In this document: positions 31,805 to 43,263 of the stretch, in pieces
Layout of the letters: every line of letters starts with the position of its first letter
Position numbering within the stretch: the first letter of the stretch is position 1
Source: Craspedostauros australis
Taxonomy: Eukaryota
Direction: 5' to 3'
NCBI GenBank assembly: GCA_030167865.1
Contig: JALAGF010005726.1
Location: forward strand, 1-60,457
DNA length: 60,457 bases
The notes under the pieces: generated by a model
The model's input: only the letters and a program-made list of their open reading frames with translations
Told to the model about the DNA's origin: nothing
The model's database searches: none
Program-made: the position numbers and the translations under genes

Positions 31805-34210
31805 ATGACCGCAAAGAGGAAGACGAGCATCACATCCGGATCCGCGTCCACCATGACTCCTGTTGTCCCGAACCGCAGGGGAGCCAAGAACGCGAAGAGG
31901 CACATGCTCGCCATCGTCCTCGTCGCTGCCTTTCTGATTGGACAATCCCAATTGCTGACAACGGGCTTCTTGGATACGGCATCCTCCATTTGGGAGTCTC
32001 CCTACCAGCACATCAAGCCAGACTTTCTCTTTGTGGGATACCTTGGTGGTGACGATGATGCCGATGCTGATGCTGAGTGGGAAGATGAGGGGCACAGTGA
32101 TGCTGAGGGTGATGCTGAGGGTGATGCTGATGATGGAATTGATTTCACTCTGTTGCTCCAGCTCAGCCCCAACATCACGCAGATCCGAGCAGCTGTGACG
32201 GGAGAGCAAGGTGAACCCGCCGAGAACGCGGCTCAGCGGCAGAAGCACCTCGAGCAATCCCAAACGGCCGGAGCAACTCTCATCCTGACACAGTCAATGC
32301 AACCAACGAAGCACTCAGCTACGTCCAAACTCTGCGCATGCGAGGTGGTGTCGGTGGACTGTCTCGAATCCATAGACTGCCTCAGCATCCGCGATGACAA
32401 CGAGGATGACACGGATGACGCGTCGTACACCGTCCTGCACGATGGCGAGGAGATCTCGCTGTCCTACGTGCTCACCAACCAGCAGCGACGCCAGGTCATG
32501 ATGGGCATCGCGACGCGCATCGCAATCCGATCCTTCGGCAACATCGTGTCGACCGGAACCAATCAATTCGGTCCCGTCGGCCTCGTCACGCCACCGGGCA
32601 AGGGGATGCAGTACCTGGGCATCACGTCGTGGCAGCATTTCACGCAGCGCAGACCGATGCAGGTGCGGTACGGGACGCGCAATAGCTTCGCCGATGAGCT
32701 CTTTCATCCCGAGTGTCACGCCAATAGCACGTCCAATCCACTGGGGCGCACGTTGGTGGGCAAGAGCTGCTTCTTTCGAGATTGGGATGCGGAGGAACAA
32801 TTCGAGCCCATGGAACAGCTCTCGTGGCCGGCAGCGGGGATTACGGCGGACGCAAGAGCTGTGGGAAGTACAAACGGAGATGCAGACGCGAATGCAACAC
32901 AGCAGCAGACGGCGGAGAATGAAGATGCAGACGAGAGAGAGGGTTCTGACCTGCCCTCGCAATTGCGATCGCTGTCGGCGGCGGCGGCGCATCCATCACT
33001 GTTGGCGCTTGGTTGCTCGGATCTTATTAACGCAAAGCAGTTCCACGAAATGATGCAACTGGCGTACACCGATGTGCGGGACTACATGTCCGCAGTCCAA
33101 GGTCGCAGGATGTGGATCGACGTGAAGACCAATCCCAACTCGACCAAGAACACCGTCTCTCCGATGGCGGACCTGCTGGTGTTCTGCCACATCATTCTCA
33201 TCCGGTACAACCGACGCGCTGGGACGCAACAGTTCTATGACGACCACGTCAAGACCATCGCAGCTCAGACGAGCAGGCACGGTCCCAATCGCAAGGCATT
33301 CCCCGTCAGCATGCATCTCCGGCGAGCGGATTCATGCGGTCACAAGAAACGCCATCGCTTCGAGCCCAAGGCATCGCCGTTGGATTCCGTGCCGCAGACC
33401 TCCGGACGTCGCATGTGCTATGCCACGCGCGTGTACCTGGACAGCCTGGAACGCATCGAAGACAAGGTGCAACGACCGCTCGAGGTCTACCTGTCCACGG
33501 ATTACGCGGAACATCTGCTCACGGAAATTCGAACAGACGAGCCCGACCTGTACAACCGCATCACCTGGAAGGTCATCGAGGTCTCGCGCGATACCTTCAA
33601 GTACCAAGGGTACGTCGAGGGCGCCGAGGACAATCACCGGCACCTCGGAGAGTCCGCCTTCGCCGACATGTGGCATCTCAGCCATGGTCAGGCCTTCGTG
33701 GGGCATCTGGGGTCGCGCTTTGGCAAGGTTTCCTGGTACCTGGCGACAGCGCGGTACAACTCCCTCGTTCCGTTCTTCAGCGTCGACGGGCACAGCGTGT
33801 GCTGCGAAATCGACGAGTCTTGCGGAGCAGTGGCATCGTCCATCACGTCCATGGAGAATTGGTAAGGTATTGTGTGTGTGTGTTCGCGTGTGTGCGTGTG
33901 ACAGTGGGCAGGTAGATGACGGGTGGCGCTGATGGTGGGATTGTTTGCCGACTCATACGTATCGATTCAAACCGCGTTTCTCCAAACTCACAATTGTATC
34001 ATGCGATGCGTCACCTTTGGCCATACGTATGGTAACTGTTCTGGCATTGTATGTTTTGTGTGTGCGCGCAGCCTCACTTTCTCCCATGAGATCCTGGGCC
34101 GGCAGCACGATAGCTACTGGGAAAAGGGATCATTGATGCGCACGGCAATGGCCAACGACCCGAATCGACAGAAAAAATACGCGAGAAGATCCGGATACTT
34201 GCATTACTGA
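31805..34210 (+). CDS. Type II membrane glycosyltransferase, FUT8/GT23-like (GDP-fucose-dependent GT-B fold); intron 33862-34071
   Basis: TM MLAIVLVAAFLIG after basic N-terminus; fucosyltransferase motif-like segments SMHLRRADS (I), VYLSTD (II), ADMWHLSHGQAFVGHLGSRFGKVSWYL (III). GTAAGG donor at 33862 and CAG acceptor at 34071 give MENC-LTFSHE..YLHY*. Confidence 0.75.
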
Positions 34211-35692
34211 TGAAGAAAACAAGATCCATGACGTTTCTAGGTCACTGCGCTGCAGCATCGCACAACATCGAGCAAGATGTTCTGCTCCACTTGGTCTCCG
34301 GGCAGAAGCTGCAATTTCGCGCTATTACATGTGCGATTGGATCTCCATTTCGCGACTCTGTGTCGCTTCCAAATGCACGCAACCAAACACCTTCAGGCGA
34401 CAATGAATGAAAGTCGCAGATGCAAGATCACAGGAACACATTTGGGGATGAGTATGCACACGAGCTCATGGATCTTTGAGGCGACGCAAGACTCTCCAGA
34501 TCTATGAATCCGTTGTTCCATGGAACAGCAGGACCCGGGGGCAACGGATGGATCCCAAGGCTGCAGTGACGAACCAGGTATTCAAACATCCCAAGTTCCA
34601 CCGAGTTGGAGCAGAGCCGCAAAACCAGCGCTGACAGCAATCTCGCGAGGATGTGTGCAATCACTCGTGTGGCTACCGTCCGGACGTATGACATGTACGT
34701 ACAGCAGCCATCATCATCATCATAATATTGACAGCGGTGGCTATGTGCGCAGTAGCATCGTCTCGTTGCGACTCTTGTCGTGCGAGTGTCATTGGCCTGC
34801 GCTTCGCGGATGAGTAATTTGGCACAACAGGCCAGGGGAGAATTGATCCCCACCAGAACAAGGGCCTCTTGGCTTCTCTCGTTGTGGGCTTGTGCATTCG
34901 TTCAAGGCATCGGCGAACCCATGACCAGTGCAGATCAGAGTATCGGACAAGCACTTGGGGAGTACCGTGCTGTGCGGGTACAGCATCAGCAGAATACGGC
35001 ACTCGCGCACTCTGGAGAGCATGCAAAGCACTTGTGGGCGTAGCTCGTCCGGCATTCAAACTAGCGCGCCAGCGTCGTATGCGCTTTGCTTCCGTGGCAA
35101 TGCGCAATACACTTGGCTCTTACATACTACATCTCGGTTGCGAGTCAAGCTGCTGGAGGTTCATTTTTCGGTCAGCGGCCCTGCACCCTCTCCGCATTAC
35201 CGTTTTGCCAAAAGTGGGACAGTCCCGTTCTTCCATCGATTTGCCCATTTGCTTTTCTTGGATCGTTCGCCCAGGAGCGCTATTATCCATCGGTTGATGT
35301 CATCTCGTCACTTCCAAGTACGAGCTACGACAATGCAACCGAAGAGTTGCATCCCTCCACTGAACGTCCATTCCCCTGCCACCATTGCTGGACCCAATGA
35401 CGAACGCAGCAACATCGCCGAACGCACAGTTGGCCGTTCCTCTTTGCTTCCCTGTATCTGAACATGAACATGAAACACTCTTCGCGGAGGACTCTCTTCC
35501 TCCAGAGAGAGAGAGAGAGCAACAGCAGCACTACACTACACTACACTACGTACGACTATGCCACAATTAGAGTGGAGTAGCTAGCAAGTCTTATGGTATG
35601 ATATGGGTAGCGGAAACTTGTTGCTTGAAATATTTACAAGATTGTGTTGGTTTGTTCAAAATTGAGGGGCTGTGGTAGATGGGGGGAGGGGC

Positions 35693-36529
35693 TCACGCCG
35701 CGGCGGCTGCCGCAGGTGCCAGATCTCCGCCGATGATCATCCAGGATACGTGCTCGTAGAAGATCTCCAGCTCGCCATCGTTGCCGAACGGCATTGAGGT
35801 TTGCGAGGTTGAAAGCTGCGACAGGACCTGCAGGATCTGCTGGCTGCACTGCGTGGCGATGTCATGATCGTTGAGCATGCTGCCGTAGATGTGCGCCAGG
35901 TTGTTCCAGATGCCCAGGTACCTCGCCACATCCTGGTGCTGGTTGTGCGGGGTGGACGTGGCGAAGAGGCTATCGGCCTTGTGGTACAACTGGACGGCAC
36001 GCTGGATGGCGACGTCGCATTCGTCGCCCTGGGTGGCTTGCATGGCTCGGATGTGGTACAGGACGGCGATGTTGAAGACGAGGACGCTCGAGAGGCAATG
36101 CAGGGTAGTTTCCGAGGACCAGATGATGTCTTGAGTGTCATCTTTCATCGCGGATGATTCTGTGCATGGCGTGGCATCGATTTGTTTCGACTGCGCGAGG
36201 ATGCGGTGGACCTTGCGGCAGCTGAGGTAGGGCGACAGGCCGTCCGACACCGCGGTGGGGCCCTTGGCGATCAGAGCGGGGTTCAGAGCGAAAGGCACCG
36301 GTGCAACGGCCGATTCATGCGCGGGGATGGCCATCTGATGTCGTTGGCTCAGATGCTGCCGGTATTGGTGGATTGCATTCCAGGAACGGAGCGATGTCTT
36401 GACCAGCTTCAGCGTCGATGCGAACTTGCGGTTGGCTGTGCTGACATCTCCTGCAGCAAGCGTATCGACGCCCGAGTTGATCTGTTCGACGATGCACATC
36501 AGCGTTCCTTCCATCTGTTGGCAGTCCAT
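35693..36529 (-). CDS. Helical (TPR-like) hypothetical protein
   Basis: 278-aa ORF with strong GC3 bias; motifs VLVFNIAVLYH..AVQLYHKA..WNNLAHIY and C-terminal APAAAAAA resemble, from memory, an expanded diatom family of unknown function. Confidence 0.75.
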   Translation of the reverse strand: MDCQQMEGTLMCIVEQINSGVDTLAAGDVSTANRKFASTLKLVKTSLRSWNAIHQYRQHLSQRHQMAIPAHESAVAPVPFALNPALIAKGPTAVSDGLSPYLSCRKVHRILAQSKQIDATPCTESSAMKDDTQDIIWSSETTLHCLSSVLVFNIAVLYHIRAMQATQGDECDVAIQRAVQLYHKADSLFATSTPHNQHQDVARYLGIWNNLAHIYGSMLNDHDIATQCSQQILQVLSQLSTSQTSMPFGNDGELEIFYEHVSWMIIGGDLAPAAAAAA

Positions 36530-38887
36530 CTTGTGTGTTTGTTTGTGTGCGTACTTGTGTTGGGTTTGGTGTGGTATGGTCTTGTGGAATGGTGAAGCTT
36601 GTAGTGGCGTTGGTTGTGTTGTGGTTGGCGGTTGACTTGTGCGCGTTTTATGAGCAGATCATTGCAGTTGTTGGATGATGCTGGGGGCCAAGCACGAGCG
36701 TTTCCCGTTGAGCAACCGATGTCAAAGGAAGCCGACAAGACCGATCTTGCACAGAGAGGACAAGAGCGATTTGTTCGTCACGCTTGATTCGGTGGTTGTG
36801 TCCAATGTTGCGCTATCGTGAACACGCCCATTGCCGTCCTCGTGAAATCGTGCGCAAGGGCGGGAGTGGCAACACAATCAGTCATCCACGATCAGCCCAA
36901 CATGTCCTTGATTCAATCGGATGGGCATCACTGTGATCCAATCAATTATCCGGCTTCAACGTCGACAGCGTTGTGTGTTCGCATCGGTGCACTATAAGGC
37001 GTTCTGCATCGCCTGGTAGTCGCTCATCCCGTATCACAACTTCGCTTTTTCCATCAGAGGTGGCGGCCTGAGCGCTTCTCGGATTCGCCGGACACCATAT
37101 CTTCTTCGTCTTTGCAGCAGGAAGCAAGGAACTGTCCCTTCGCCTGTTCCAAACGGACACCACCATCTCCTAGTGAGGCCATTGACTCTCAGCAGGACAT
37201 AGCTTCGATGTCTATTTCCCCACACCGGCTATCACCAGATGCGCAATGCATCACGATAAACTTGTGTTATCCGTTCGCGAGCAAGTCCTCAGTCATGCTC
37301 CGCCACACTCCATGGCACATGACTCCGCTCCACATGCGAGGACACCCCTGCCACTATTGCCAGCTATGGTGCGAATACAGTTGTTGTGCGCCCATGGTCA
37401 GCGCTATCACCTGCCGGCACTTTTGCTCCTTTGCGCAATGCACCAGAGAATAGATTGGAGGTGGTTTGCTCTCATTGCTCAAATTCACCCGCCACCCTCT
37501 CCCCAGAGTTGCCGCAGCTCACAGTTGTGTGTCCTCGTTCTTCGGAAAAGGAGATTCTCATCACCCGGTTGTTCCAGATGCTGACGCAGGCGGAATTAGA
37601 AGAGATGTCAGCAGTTGGCACTAACAATCTGCTCTCTCTCTCTCTCCCGTTACCAATCAAGAAAGTTGTGGGTCATGGCACAGAAGGCTTCGTTCGAGTA
37701 CAGGGAAGGAGCAGTTCCGCTCCAAAGATATCTTGTCCCTCGCCGCAGACAAGAAATCGTTCCCCATCTCGTGACCGACATTTATCACCCCGCTTCGCGG
37801 ACGAACAGGCCTCCATTGCTTCGACTCGCAACACATTTTCGAAACAGAAGAGAACAATCCACGCGACCAGTCACTGCAACTCCTCTGATGTCCTCCGAGT
37901 ACGCGTACTACTATGGACCAAGTGGAGTTCTGCGAACACCAATGTCGCCCACACACGTTCGCGGCTTGTGTCGACGCAGAAGGGGAGAACACACGATGCT
38001 GTATGCAACAACCAAACCATCCCACTTCGATCCTTTTCCAAGCGCGCAACGAGTCTCTCTGTTTGCAAGGATAGAATCATATGTTCAATGTTCTGTGATG
38101 ACATCACCCTCATTGCGATTAGGTGGATTTGAAGTTGATGAGGTGAGCGTGGTAAAACACACTCTCGCATACGTGCAATACAGGTATTGTGCGGGTGGAT
38201 GATGCACTGCAACATCGTCTTGAGGAACTTTAGAGATTGCTGCCGCTATACTCGTACGTAAGTTCGTGGTTTTGGCGAGGAGTATTCGAGTCTGCAACAA
38301 GTCCCCTCTTCGGACAAGTTGGACCCTTTGCTGAGCAGTGTGATGATGATGCACGAGCAGTTCCCAAACTTGGATGACAACGTCGCACTCGTACTGGCAC
38401 GAGTGAGGCGAAGTGGTTGTATTTCAGATGCGTAAGCGAACGGACAGCAAGTCAGCGGTATTGAGTCTCACGTTTACATACAACACCTGTACCTGAAAGG
38501 AGCCGCCTCCATGCAGTCCTCTTCTAATTGTACCCGCTTACCACAGCCAACGCAAATATTATGTTGGTCTGAATACACTCTTGTGAATGTACTTTGTTCT
38601 ACTCGCCTACACGTACTGAACATGTTCGGATTCGATGCCTGGTTGGCTCGAAACGCTCACCAAAGTTGTGACCAGCCCCAGGCATTCTCATGTCGTTCAC
38701 TACCGGGCTGTGACTACCATACCTCGCACCCGTCTCTACGAGGAACGCTTTGAGGTTCGCGATGGAGCGAAGTGTAGTGAATTCACATGTTTCCTCCACG
38801 CGAGTGGATGGGATGCCGCATGAATGCCGGATCATCCTCCCCAACCTCATGCACGAAGGGTAACTTGAGCAGTGCGAGTATTCGACT

Positions 38888-41800
38888 CTAATACTGACCG
38901 ATCGCCTCCCACAGAAGGTATCCAAAGCGATGCATCGCCGAGAGATGCATGGAGAGGCCGTTGCCCCAGTTGGGATTGCCGGACCACATGGAATCGCCCA
39001 CCCTCAGCAACGGCGCATCACCGATACGGCCATCTGTCACCGCCGTCGTCGGGACCAGCGGATCGGCGTACATGTACGGTGTGTACGTGAATACGGACAG
39101 GATGGGAAAGTTCGTCCCGCCGTGTCGGGCGAGGAATCGCAGCGCGTGGATCAGGTTGTTCTTGCGCAGGACGGGATCATATCCCATCGACTCCAAGGGC
39201 AGCGCCGCCAGCGGCATGGTCGTGCGGCCGCCCTTGGTGAGGTACATGAGGACGTCGCGCTGCTCCGCGGTGAGGGTTAGCACGGCGACCATGGTGGCAA
39301 AGCCTGGCGGGTCGCGATTCATTCTCAGTGCGATGTCCTGGCGGTACCTCTCCATCACGTCCCAGCCCCAGGCCTGCCGGCATATCATGAAGCAGGCCGT
39401 GTCGAATTTCTCCGCACAGCGTGTGCAGAATGGATGCTGCGAGAGCATGATGTCGACCATGGCCGTCACGAGGTTGAAGTGGAGCCCCACGCAGCCTCTC
39501 GTTCGCTGGAAGTCGTTGAGCTTGAGCATGTGAAGGACGAAGGGTTCGTTCGTGTCCTTCGTGACGGGGTACAGCAGCGATCCCTGGGGGGATTCGTATT
39601 GCGCGACACGGATAGTGGCGTTGTCCTCGTCGAGTGCCTGGATGTCCAGTTCGTGGACGAAATTGTTTTGCAGTTCAACTCGATTCCACTCCTCGTGTTC
39701 GTGACCGAAGGTTCCATTCCAGGTGGACACGATGGGATTGAATCCATGTTCCGCTCGTCGTTGCTCCTGCCGAACTCTCGCTCGCAATACCGCAGTCTTC
39801 TTGGCATTTTCCGTTTCTGTGGTGGCTAGTTTTGCGGTCTCGTTTGGCTTCCCGAGCCTCGTTGCCCATCCCCAGGTCTCCGCTTCTGCTTCGACTGCTG
39901 CAGTGGACACGGGGACTCGCTCCAGTGTATCCAAACGATGACCTGATGCGTCGAAGACGATGAGGTTGGATACGGATGCGAGAACGTCCTTGTAGTTGTT
40001 GAAGTCGTCGTAAATGAGCTTGACCCCGCGGTCTCGGTTGGAGAGCATGAGCAAGGTCTCGTGGATCATGATCGGCAGGGAGGAGTACTGGTCATGTCCT
40101 TCCCGCACGCATTCTGGTACGATTTCGGAGCAATCGTACATATGGCAGCTCATCATCGCCCTCCCTTTCATGTAGGATTCGTCTTCGGGTACTGCGTCCA
40201 GCAATGCATCCATCTCGTCTGTCTCCCACCCGGTTGCGCCCTCGCCGGCATAGAAGTAATCGTAGCCGTCGTATTCGTATCCATCATATTCGAAGTCATC
40301 GACGTCTTCCTCCTCGGCGCCGTCTGCTGAATAATCATAAGCATCGAGATCACCCTCCTCTTCATCATCTTCTACTTCTTCGGATGCGTATGTGTATGCG
40401 GAGGCGTATGCGTATTCATCATCGTCGTCGTCATCATTGTTATCCTCTTCGGCCGCGACTGCTACGCCTGTTGCTTCGTCGAGCATGTCCTCCATATCGA
40501 CCAAGCCTTCTTCCACTTCACCGGAATAGTCGTTGGCACCGTACTCTTCCTCCTCCTCGTCGTCGTCGTCGTCTCCGTATGCGTATGCGTATGCGTATGC
40601 ATATGCGTACTCGTCAATACCATCATACTCTTCCTCTTCGTCATCTTGTCGAGTTGAGACTGCTACTGCTTCAGCTTGATCGTCGGTTGTGTATCCTGCA
40701 TCGACCAGTTCTTCTTCGGCATAATATTCGGATGCATCGTACTCTTGCTCCCTCTCCTCGTCTCCTTCGTACGCGTATGCGTACGCGGACGTGTAGTCGT
40801 ACTCGTACTCATCATACTCCTCTTCTTCTTCGTATGCATCTGCGTACGCATACTCATCGCCATCATACTCGCCTTGGTCTTCCTCATCTTGTGTGGCTCC
40901 GACTATTGCTTGCGTTTCGCTGTCACCAAATGTGCGCTCTGCATCAACCAACTGGTCGTCCAGTTCCGCAAAGTACTCGTAGTCATCCTCTGCATCAAAT
41001 TCCGCATCGTCGTCATCGCTGCCGTACCAGTAATCATAGTCGTCGAGGTATGTCTCGCCTTCGTACTCATCGTAGAGATACGCGTCATCCGTCTCATGCT
41101 CATCGACGTAGTCTGCAGCAGCCTGCTGCTCACTCCAGTGGCACGGAACATTGAAGATTGCCTCGAGGAATTGGACGATCCTTGGATCGCCATTCTCAAA
41201 GAGATGGATGGGAAGCTCCGTGAGCCAATCGCGGCTGTAGGGTTTCTTGCGATGCGGTTGCGTCGTGCGCTTTTCGAAGACGACGACTTTCACGTTGGTG
41301 AGGTAGGAGAGGATGTTGGCGAGGAAGAGTCCGGATGGACCAGCGCCGACGATGGCAACGTTGATGGACGCGGCGTCGAAATGGTGTCGGATGAGGTCGT
41401 TCGCAGTGATGGTTTGCCGCGATGCGAGTTGGGATGCAGGCACCGTGCCGGTGGCATTGACGTGGATGGCATCCGTGACGTCGCCGTCGCACGTGTAGGT
41501 GGAATCGAGCTGCGTCGTGCATCGCGGGGCTTGGACGAGATGGCGCAAGGAGTCCCAGCACTGTTCCTGGAAGAGCGGGTGCGTGTCGGCGTTGAAGGCT
41601 TGGCCGCAGTTGTGTATGAGGTGATTGAGGTACGTGTCCACGTCCTGCTCGTTGTCCCAGATGATGCGATCATCGTTGTTCACATCCGCGGTCTCTTGTT
41701 GCTCCTCTGTCTGCTGCTGTTTCTTATCTTGCGCTCCCTGCTTGATGGAATCAAAGGCCGACCACGCAGCCTGGTGCTCCAAATGCGGCAAGCGCTGCGC

Positions 41801-42430
41801 CTGATGGATGGTCCCATCCATCGTCCATTCCTCGCGCCGCCCCGCCAGCGACGGTCGCCGATCCTGATCGGAGGCCACCATGAGATTCCAGAACTTGGTG
41901 TGCGGATTGATCTGCGAGATCATGCTGGTTTGGAACATGTCGATGATCTGCTGACGATTCAGATCGCGCGGTGCGCTGTGTTGGCTGGAGTCGGTGTCGT
42001 CATTGTTGGGACTCGCGATGGTCGCATTGGAATGCTGTGGACACTGTTGCGGTTGTGGCTGATGGATGCTGTGGCCACAGCTGCTGTGATCGCCGCAGTC
42101 CAGCGATGTTACGGAATCAGACAGACGTGCAGCGGAAGCCTGGGAGAGCACAAGCGAGGGCGCATGTTGCTGCTGAACTGCATCAACTATGGCCTGCGTT
42201 GCATCATGCTGCCATCTGGGGACCTCGGAGGGAATGCTCTTGTCCGTGGTCTGGGATGCATCTTGCTCCAGTTGAGACTGCTGCTGAGATTGTTGCTGAG
42301 ATTGTTGCTGAGACTGGTGGCCTGACTCGAGGAGGACGACAGTGCAGTAAGCTGAGCAGAAGAACAGGCAGCTCACGAGGGCCACCTTCCATCCTTGTCG
42401 TTGGGGGTGATGGTTCATCATTCTCTGCAT
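38888..42430 (-). CDS. Type II membrane-anchored FAD-dependent oxidoreductase-like protein, paralogue 4, with about 350-aa Tyr/Asp/Glu/Ala-rich insert
   Basis: TM WKVALVSCLFFCSAYCTVVLL; INVAIVGAGPSGLFLA..FEKR, FDASGHR, RVGDSMWSGNPNWGNGL. First plausible ATG at 42430 (MQRMMNHH). Confidence 0.88.
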   Translation of the reverse strand: MQRMMNHHPQRQGWKVALVSCLFFCSAYCTVVLLESGHQSQQQSQQQSQQQSQLEQDASQTTDKSIPSEVPRWQHDATQAIVDAVQQQHAPSLVLSQASAARLSDSVTSLDCGDHSSCGHSIHQPQPQQCPQHSNATIASPNNDDTDSSQHSAPRDLNRQQIIDMFQTSMISQINPHTKFWNLMVASDQDRRPSLAGRREEWTMDGTIHQAQRLPHLEHQAAWSAFDSIKQGAQDKKQQQTEEQQETADVNNDDRIIWDNEQDVDTYLNHLIHNCGQAFNADTHPLFQEQCWDSLRHLVQAPRCTTQLDSTYTCDGDVTDAIHVNATGTVPASQLASRQTITANDLIRHHFDAASINVAIVGAGPSGLFLANILSYLTNVKVVVFEKRTTQPHRKKPYSRDWLTELPIHLFENGDPRIVQFLEAIFNVPCHWSEQQAAADYVDEHETDDAYLYDEYEGETYLDDYDYWYGSDDDDAEFDAEDDYEYFAELDDQLVDAERTFGDSETQAIVGATQDEEDQGEYDGDEYAYADAYEEEEEYDEYEYDYTSAYAYAYEGDEEREQEYDASEYYAEEELVDAGYTTDDQAEAVAVSTRQDDEEEEYDGIDEYAYAYAYAYAYGDDDDDEEEEEYGANDYSGEVEEGLVDMEDMLDEATGVAVAAEEDNNDDDDDDEYAYASAYTYASEEVEDDEEEGDLDAYDYSADGAEEEDVDDFEYDGYEYDGYDYFYAGEGATGWETDEMDALLDAVPEDESYMKGRAMMSCHMYDCSEIVPECVREGHDQYSSLPIMIHETLLMLSNRDRGVKLIYDDFNNYKDVLASVSNLIVFDASGHRLDTLERVPVSTAAVEAEAETWGWATRLGKPNETAKLATTETENAKKTAVLRARVRQEQRRAEHGFNPIVSTWNGTFGHEHEEWNRVELQNNFVHELDIQALDEDNATIRVAQYESPQGSLLYPVTKDTNEPFVLHMLKLNDFQRTRGCVGLHFNLVTAMVDIMLSQHPFCTRCAEKFDTACFMICRQAWGWDVMERYRQDIALRMNRDPPGFATMVAVLTLTAEQRDVLMYLTKGGRTTMPLAALPLESMGYDPVLRKNNLIHALRFLARHGGTNFPILSVFTYTPYMYADPLVPTTAVTDGRIGDAPLLRVGDSMWSGNPNWGNGLSMHLSAMHRFGYLLWEAIGQY
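40577..40610 (+). repeat. (TATGCG)n hexamer repeat encoding YAYAYAYAY on the minus strand
   Basis: gtatgcgtatgcgtatgcgtatgcatatgcgtac; shorter copies near 40385-40414 and 40769-40786. Confidence 0.85.
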
Positions 42431-43263
42431 CCTCTTCAACTCTCTACGACTACTATATAATGTAATAGTATGATAGTACGATAGTGGTATCGTATTATAT
42501 GATGGAGGGTACTCAGTTGTGTTCCTTGTGCCGACCAATGTCGTCTCCCAACAGAAGCAACGAAGAACAAATCGCAACCGCAGGAGTGACACGCCAAACC
42601 TTCCTCTTTCTCCACTTCTCCACATCAAAGACCACGGAGGGTAAGCGCTCTCACTAATTATCGGCTGTCGTGTGTGAACTGGGACCACACCCACCAACAG
42701 AAATGTGACACTCGAATCTTTTCACGTGAGCGCCAAAAGCGTGACATCCTCGACAATATTGGCTTAGTGCGTGTCGTGCCTGGATGGACGTGCTGGCGCG
42801 GATTGGCAAATTTGGCACGGTGTGCCGCGAGGGCTTCGGGATTGCCAAGACTTGGGCTTCTCGAAACTGTCGCAACGGTTTCTTGTCAGAACGGTTATTT
42901 CGGTTGATCTTGTCTGTCGGCTTCTCGTTCGTGAGCGCATCATCGCATCCGCAATGTCTCGAGATCGCGGAGGAGGAGTCGTGTCTTTCCCAATCGTGCA
43001 TTCTCTCTCGACACATGAGTATCTCCCGCTTGCTCTCTCGCTGTCCTTCTTCCTTCCTTCTTCCTCGCTGCGTTGAGTCAGTGAAGCCGCTCTGGTTGAG
43101 AGAGAGGGGGAGGCAACCAATCAACCATGGGAATGCTCTACTCAATACTCGGAGGATATCTACGACCTGAGACTACTACTCTTCTCTCTCTTTCTCTCCA
43201 GAGAGCGAGAGAGAGCATGCTTGACCTCACCCATAGTGTTCTTCTTCACCAACATCACCAACC

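Noticed and set aside
37386..38202. Overlapping 248-aa and 195-aa plus-strand ORFs
   Set aside because: No motifs or evident coding bias; include microsatellite-derived sequence.
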